Shown piece after piece: positions 62,101 through 64,000 of a stretch of DNA of 64,000 nucleotides. Both the position numbers and the translations under genes were made by a program. The notes below the pieces were generated by a model that was not told where the DNA came from, made no database searches, and saw only the letters and a program-made list of their open reading frames with translations. Each line of letters begins with the position of its first letter. Position 1 is the first letter of the stretch. The stretch is from Bugula neritina (Eukaryota > Animalia > Bryozoa): positions 7,659,190 to 7,723,189 of the forward strand of contig OZ037771.1 in the NCBI GenBank assembly GCA_964035545.1, given 5' to 3'.

Positions 62101-62252
62101 CAAACATAACTCACCTGTCAGGTAATGTGTGTAAGTCACAGCCCCGTAGACGTAACTCTGTAAGTGACTTCATCTTTGGTATCACCTCAGGTAATGTTCC
62201 TAACTTATTACCAGACACAACTAATGTGTGTAGATGTGTGAGTTGGGAGAGA
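42064..62252 (-). CDS. LRR-Roc-COR-caspase gene, copy C (5' part continues beyond window)
   Basis: Exons 62115-62252, 54706-56627, 54537-54605, 54205-54377, 52996-53163, 52239-52458, 51949-52110, 43614-43723, 42064-42201 are open and in phase. LINE and Gypsy insertions are intronic. Confidence 0.85.
42525..43520. repeat. Expanded 16-bp TATGACTATATTATAC satellite in copy C, interrupted by the SINE
   Basis: Dozens of tandem units. Confidence 0.9.
42706..42926 (-). mobile_element. tRNA-derived SINE inserted in satellite
   Basis: Minus strand GGGAGCAGCCGTAGTCTAGGGG (A box)...GGGCTCGACCC (B box); 17-bp TSD TGACTATATGATACTAT. Confidence 0.75.
43760..44168 (+). repeat. Gypsy 5' LTR
   Basis: TGTGGTAG...TTCACTACA, direct repeat of 50961-51369. 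Confidence 0.95.
44170..44187 (+). promoter_or_regulatory. Primer-binding site, tRNA-Leu
   Basis: TGGTGGCAGCGGTGGGAT, 1 nt after the LTR, complementary to tRNA-Leu 3' end ATCCCACCGCTGCCACCA. Confidence 0.85.
44224..45093 (+). CDS. gag: Gypsy Gag
   Basis: 289 aa; APTFSGEEDVEQF capsid-like start; CCHC knuckle CWGCGSGGHFLRSC. Confidence 0.92.
   Translation: MADEVVDAPRQEPAAIEEDHIGGPALPMDRYHLRAPTFSGEEDVEQFITEFSDVADICGWPNRVTLIQLRLCLTGPAKPYGISQNVGDIFEAIRARFGLTARDARVQLQSLRRNPKTNLREHATVVERLAQVAYSDLPADGRQSLALDAFLQSINNLGLKQHLLVAEVETMERALRLGNAYFQADSASRPGATVQQVGADDVSTSSTKTAVQVAAAAADESSLTTSLIRELLAEFRQLRQQATAERPKRSSVAVADRRGPVCWGCGSGGHFLRSCPRGSGRRLNSDGPR
45045..49619 (+). CDS. pol: Gypsy Pol (protease-RT-RNase H-integrase), -1 frame relative to gag
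   Basis: LLDTGC protease, YLDD RT, DTDAS RNase H, HHCC + DDE integrase, KFVGPY (GPY/F); domain order typical of Gypsy. Confidence 0.95.
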   Translation: MPPRQWEAVKQRRPTVTSAYRGPEFNPPRQRLRPPPHRVRRPPSPEWQVPRRVSRPQGPPIPPAWALKNRFEGLLDEGVNDEWEHNRDFPRLPTRASVREFTRPPVCERDRDVPCPPMQRRRPPRNRKAQVHPQFHAHEVSPQETNRSVSAQPYGSSYFLPGKIAGKAATFLLDTGCTTNLLSRRLFDTLSAKDRASLEPYEGERGTLADGSCIPFYGVIQLTGRVRDQMISETFIVSQLKEDAILGMPFLKRHRCYIDFSKSAVVMAGRELACVDRFGRPLVGGVQVVQRCTVPGRSRATVRCRVNCREISELGVVEGALGGVQLANSLNRLDERREFLVQCVNPFTEPVELPAGSLVGKFHSVQEEDVGPALETAGGARGVPTRDGRGPVPEHVAELYEDACDGCESKRERLEMARLLSEYKDVFSCGDHDMGLTETVRHEIPLAAGMVPIRQPTRRLGPEKEREVSRQVQDLLNRDLIEPGHGAWSSPVVLVRKKDGSWRFCVDYRRLNSVTIQDAYPLPRIDESLDALAGSKFFSTLDLLSGYWQVPLSPEAQDKAAFITRDGLWKWKVLPFGLTSAPATFQRLMEQVLSGLHWKTLLIYLDDVIVISPDFDTHVSRLREVFDRLRAANLKLKPSKCALLQREVKYLGHVVGRDGVATDPEKVRAVRDWAVPVDLSELRAFLELVGYYRQYIPDFAGIAQPLNRLTAKGVRWQWTQAEQKAFDHLKDRLVEAPILAYPDPAKEYILDTDASNHNVGAVLSQVQDGREVVVAYYSKALSAPEKNYCTTRRELLAVVKAVKHFRPYLYGRTFRLRTDHASLIWLCRRAEPSSQVARWLEILAEFSYRIEHRPGKKHGNADGLSRRQADGCKQCQNIERRDGGPPRSDVEAQLGKAGVYSWEEGQLLSESPNKAVNNLHANPTLLRNVRELCRLQSTLPGVVADLVRAKKEGRRPSEAEQRVKSTEFKYFCDRWDSLRFNSDGLLTITLAVGTNRSERERVVCPSALRRELIWDTHKQAHAGASRVIRCLQLQWFWPGMTRDVRLRVRKCEVCQASKHGRPTETAGRRRLHAGRPWQVVAVDLVGPMPTTAKGNNWILVLTDHFTRWSDALAIPDASAPSVARALDQQVFCYFGLPEQIHSDQGAQFQSQLMSDLCRMWGVNQSRTTPYHPQGNGVVERNNRMLGDSLRSLLIGRSQEEWDLVLPQIMRAYRSTPHSSTLETPNFLMLGRETRVPEHVTYHVPNPESNVHDYVDKLVKRMGTAHEVLREQQWQVRSGDSDDPPLYKVGDWVWMTSHRRRRGQAAKLQPKFVGPYCVIEVMPNHTYKVERSGQVSVQNEARLKPHWASPDAAGQAPPLLEPARRPPMRGRPMAYREIEEILPDQDGAADAPADQPQPPPPQEEEVDTPEDLSEPAPPPVEPVDRPIVPDEMAIPQNHEEEAAGGGPPVLVDPPVLATPPVVEESPVVANSPVQLERSQRTRAPPSYLKDFLCDAVEKHPAAIIKEIWGDEQLRVAFPRYKETQL
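45069..45112 (+). promoter_or_regulatory. -1 ribosomal frameshift signal
   Basis: G_TTA_AAC heptamer in gag frame, 6-nt spacer, perfect 11-bp hairpin GGCCCACGGTA/TACCGTGGGCC. Confidence 0.75.
50318..50503 (+). repeat. About 3 copies of a 59-bp tandem repeat in the Gypsy 3' untranslated region
   Basis: AGATTCCTGCATGAAG recurs at 50341, 50400 and 50459. Confidence 0.85.
50961..51369 (+). repeat. Gypsy 3' LTR
   Basis: Direct repeat of the 5' LTR, followed by ATAT TSD. Confidence 0.95.
53848..54181. repeat. Same 32-bp minisatellite, about 10 copies
   Basis: Direct tandem units. Confidence 0.9.
54706..56627 (-). CDS. Roc-COR exon, copy C
   Basis: Same Roc motifs; 1922 nt, one codon shorter than A and B. 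Confidence 0.9.
58297..58968 (+). CDS. LINE ORF1 (coiled coil + RRM-like + FP25K-like C-terminal domain)
   Basis: First ATG at 58297; heptad-rich region, EIQGVP, KIYINEYL...FKFAWTINQKVFLR. Confidence 0.85.
   Translation: MPPKTRTDSTASDIDATMKEILQQLKKINNRIEIIEEKVDSIESSLNYHTEWKEVKEDMDQIKNTIPALKGKMEEHEIEKANKMAEIQGVPHHQDESLKDIVTKLAELNDVHLTPVNIDMVYRNKSKKSIIVKFIQTHICQDFIRSFKAKKNKSLTSKELGYKTASKIYINEYLLYPTRQLFHKVREYKKENNFKFAWTINQKVFLRETEGSKAIHIKSLSDL
59025..61886 (+). CDS. LINE ORF2 (AP endonuclease + reverse transcriptase)
   Basis: NIRSL, ISET, GDIN, IDH, SDH (APE); NYRPISIL, DFSKAFD, GVPQGSILGP, FADD (RT). Confidence 0.95.
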   Translation: MELCNTSKHFTIDDLNNISCNDFRVLHCNIRSLRKNFNNLLELLSIVNCSFHVIAISETFLYSNECNYFPISNYSYIGSCRDSRAGGCGIYVHSGLAVIEKLEPLIEGSEAISLLVAGLDEVPLRITAIYRQPSSDTGRFTDDLHNFLHSISHTDHNHIITGDINIDILKQESDSYTDLLHQYSYTHLIEHPTRTTQTSSSCIDHIAINFYSSNVISGTLDKDISDHFPVFAFFENLVQPKSQTFKRRSYRSLCDIQLKQEFQNCDWSKLVFKHNDPIVAYRNFLNETSHIFNKLAPFQERTFHFNRKKVNNWITDRLKKEIHKKDRLFSQHKAFPYSPKLKQAYIKQRNKVSTLIKQAKYNYYDKLISNQADSRKLWNTINNACGRKSTSPSFPVKLKADSEIITHHTEIANYINNYFTNIGKNLADKIPSVPEIPVNAKDCPSFYFQLVDKNRVLTELKNLNENKSEGLDLIPARLVKQSATYLCQPLTHIINLIIKSGVIPNELKVAKILPFYKNKGDKLLCSNYRPISILPVYSKILEKIICKQLNEHLNLHKILSVSQFGFQQKKGAQDALIKFSDQSFKALNDSSVILGIFIDFSKAFDTINHNILLQKLRDYNFDSHSISLIQNYLTNRTQHVIIENSISNSLHITCGVPQGSILGPVLFLLYINDLATHCPLFDTILFADDTNLFWKSKDLNADIGNINSSLNKVNNWCIANKLTLNLTKTNYIIVKNYQKNFVLNSTIHIDNIPLSPSSEIKFLGVVIDINLNWCAHINSLRTQLNKVTGMIYLASKFLPYKALILLYNSLINSKLTYCLEAWGNAPKTHLNKLLLIQKRIIRIIFHKSPTEHTSPLFIKAEILPIDLLYIYRLCLLGHSAYYTPSHTKQPPNYLTRHSELSLPLPLSNSAAGHRQVSYQMSSNWNKLPLTLRHHQSFATFKILLKKHLLKSLT
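62115..62252 (-). CDS. Last double-LRR cassette exon of copy C
   Basis: LSQLTHLHTLVVSGNKLGTLPEVIPKMKSLTELRLRGCDLHTLPD with canonical splice sites. Confidence 0.9.
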
Positions 62253-63051
62253 CTGTAATATACATACAATATACCATGACTATAATTACACAAGTTACAG
62301 GAATATTATGTTAAACATACTGTGAGTTTATTCTGAACTGTTGCTTTGTAAGTATAGATTGCCAGTTAATTGTGTGCAGTAAGGATAGCCAAAAGAGAAT
62401 AGGCAGTTTCAACATGTGGCAAACATATAGAAAGAGTCCTGGTTGCGCAATGCTGACATCCTGTAGTTTGTAATGGAAAGTAAAAAGTATTCAAAAGATG
62501 GAAAACCTCTAGGTGTGGTGACGATGAAGAGAAGGGAAAGATCACAGAGAAAGCATACGGAGAGAAGAAATAACAGACAACAAATAAAATTGTAACAGCC
62601 AAAGAGAAGGCATATGGGACAGTCTATGAATACTTACTTACAAGAGATCGAAGCAAAAAACCTATACACCTATATACCTATAAGAACCTGTATATACCTA
62701 GATACAAGTTGGTCAAAACAAGAAAAAGACGATTATTGGATATTAATAGAATGAAATTGTGACTATAATCCATCAGAATGGAGACAGCATAAATGAGAAT
62801 GTCAAGACACATCTTTAGGATAATTTATGAGGAGCATATGGAAAATGATGTGATTAGATAACAGGTTGGGGTGAAATGAATGTCTATAAACATGAGGAAA
62901 AACATCTGCAGTGGTATTGCGATGTTTGCAGCAAAGATGGTGATATTAGCTTCAACTTCAATGAATAAGAATCAATGGTATAATGGATATGAAGAATCTG
63001 ACAAATTGAAACATACAATATAATCCAACAAGAAAGGAGGGTGGTCTAGGC

Positions 63052-64000
63052 CAGTGGCTCCCAGCCTTTTTCCTACTATTCCCCTATTTAATAAATGTTG
63101 ACTACCGTATTAATTTCCTCCCCCCCCCCTTTTCGTAAAGTAAAAAAGTTTCATGACTGACATAATGACAATATAGGATACGATACAATATGGTTTGTTC
63201 TATTAAAATATAATTATAATAATTGTTATATTATCGTTATTATGTTATGCATGTATAGAACAAGGAGCAGTTCAATTTATAATGATTCTTTTGTGCCAGC
63301 TTGCATAAGTCTGCATTGCTGTTTTTGGCCATGCCCATCTTAATTCACTCTGCAGATTAGGGCAGTTTCTCTTCTCTTTGAGCTAATGAGAATCCTACCT
63401 CACTTGGAAAGATGGCGCTGGGTGGCACCAAAATTCTACTTTGTCAGCTATGTGTGGGGAGAGTTTGCTAGTTAAAACCCAAAATGATTTCAGGGGAAAA
63501 TGGCACAAATGGAGAAGTAGGTAAGACTGGCACACTGATGGTAAACTTTTCCAAACCCCCACCCGGCCATTAAAATTGAACCCCAAACCAAAACCTCCAA
63601 ATTGTATTCAAACCCAAAGTCCTCACCTCAAATCCCACCCCCAAACTCCAAACGCTCACCCCAATATTCAAAATGTGCCATTTTTACACACTTTTTAATT
63701 TTTGCCATTATTACCTGTGCCTTTTATACCAGACACCACCCACAATACATCAATTCAAGAAGAATTCAAATCAACCTTCATTGCTGAATTGTAAACCAAC
63801 TCAATGAAATCCTCTTGTAATTCTTCTGGATTCTTTTAACAGAACGTTGCAATAGATCACATGTCAAGCTAAGAATCAAGCTCTTTCTTTTTGAGAGTTA
63901 GCTCAGAAAAATATTGTTAAAACTCCAATAAAAGTTCAGAGAGATCCGCAGAAGTTTTTTGGAGAAAGAACCTGAAACAAGTGGTGTTCGGTAAAAGTGG
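63052..64000. mobile_element. Same hAT element at the homologous site in copy C (runs off the window)
   Basis: GTCTAGGC|CAGTGGCTCCCAGCC and colinear sequence with 7346-8280. Confidence 0.85.

Larger units (their letters stand above)
58121..62105 (+). mobile_element. Full-length non-LTR retrotransposon, CR1 group (L2/Crack/CR1-like)
   Basis: Two intact ORFs, 3' stem-loop, AATAAA and (CAAA)n tail; absent at the homologous site in copy A (about 6400). Confidence 0.93.

Overview
AT-rich, intron-containing animal (probably invertebrate) genomic DNA, not prokaryotic. The window is dominated by three tandem ~22-kb copies (A, B, C) of one minus-strand multi-exon gene. Spliced by hand using GT-AG boundaries and reading phase, it encodes a single ~1,390-aa protein: N-terminal cap, six 138-bp double-LRR cassette exons, Roc GTPase, COR, acidic linker, and a complete caspase (p20+p10; AHG and QACRV catalytic motifs) with no recognisable death-fold prodomain. 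The ORF track only shows fragments of this. The LRR cassettes are phase-symmetric, nearly identical and vary mainly at predicted ligand-facing positions, and the caspase substrate-binding loops differ between copies. This suggests a diversifying one-protein sensor-GTPase-protease immune receptor family (inference). Copy A has a nonsense codon before the caspase, copy B has a mutated splice acceptor, and copy C carries a young Gypsy LTR element and a full-length CR1/L2-group LINE in its introns. Also present: four 3' exons of TMEM33, an Academ-like transposon relic, hAT, Tc1 and piggyBac-like relics, RTE fragments, a tRNA-derived SINE and satellites.
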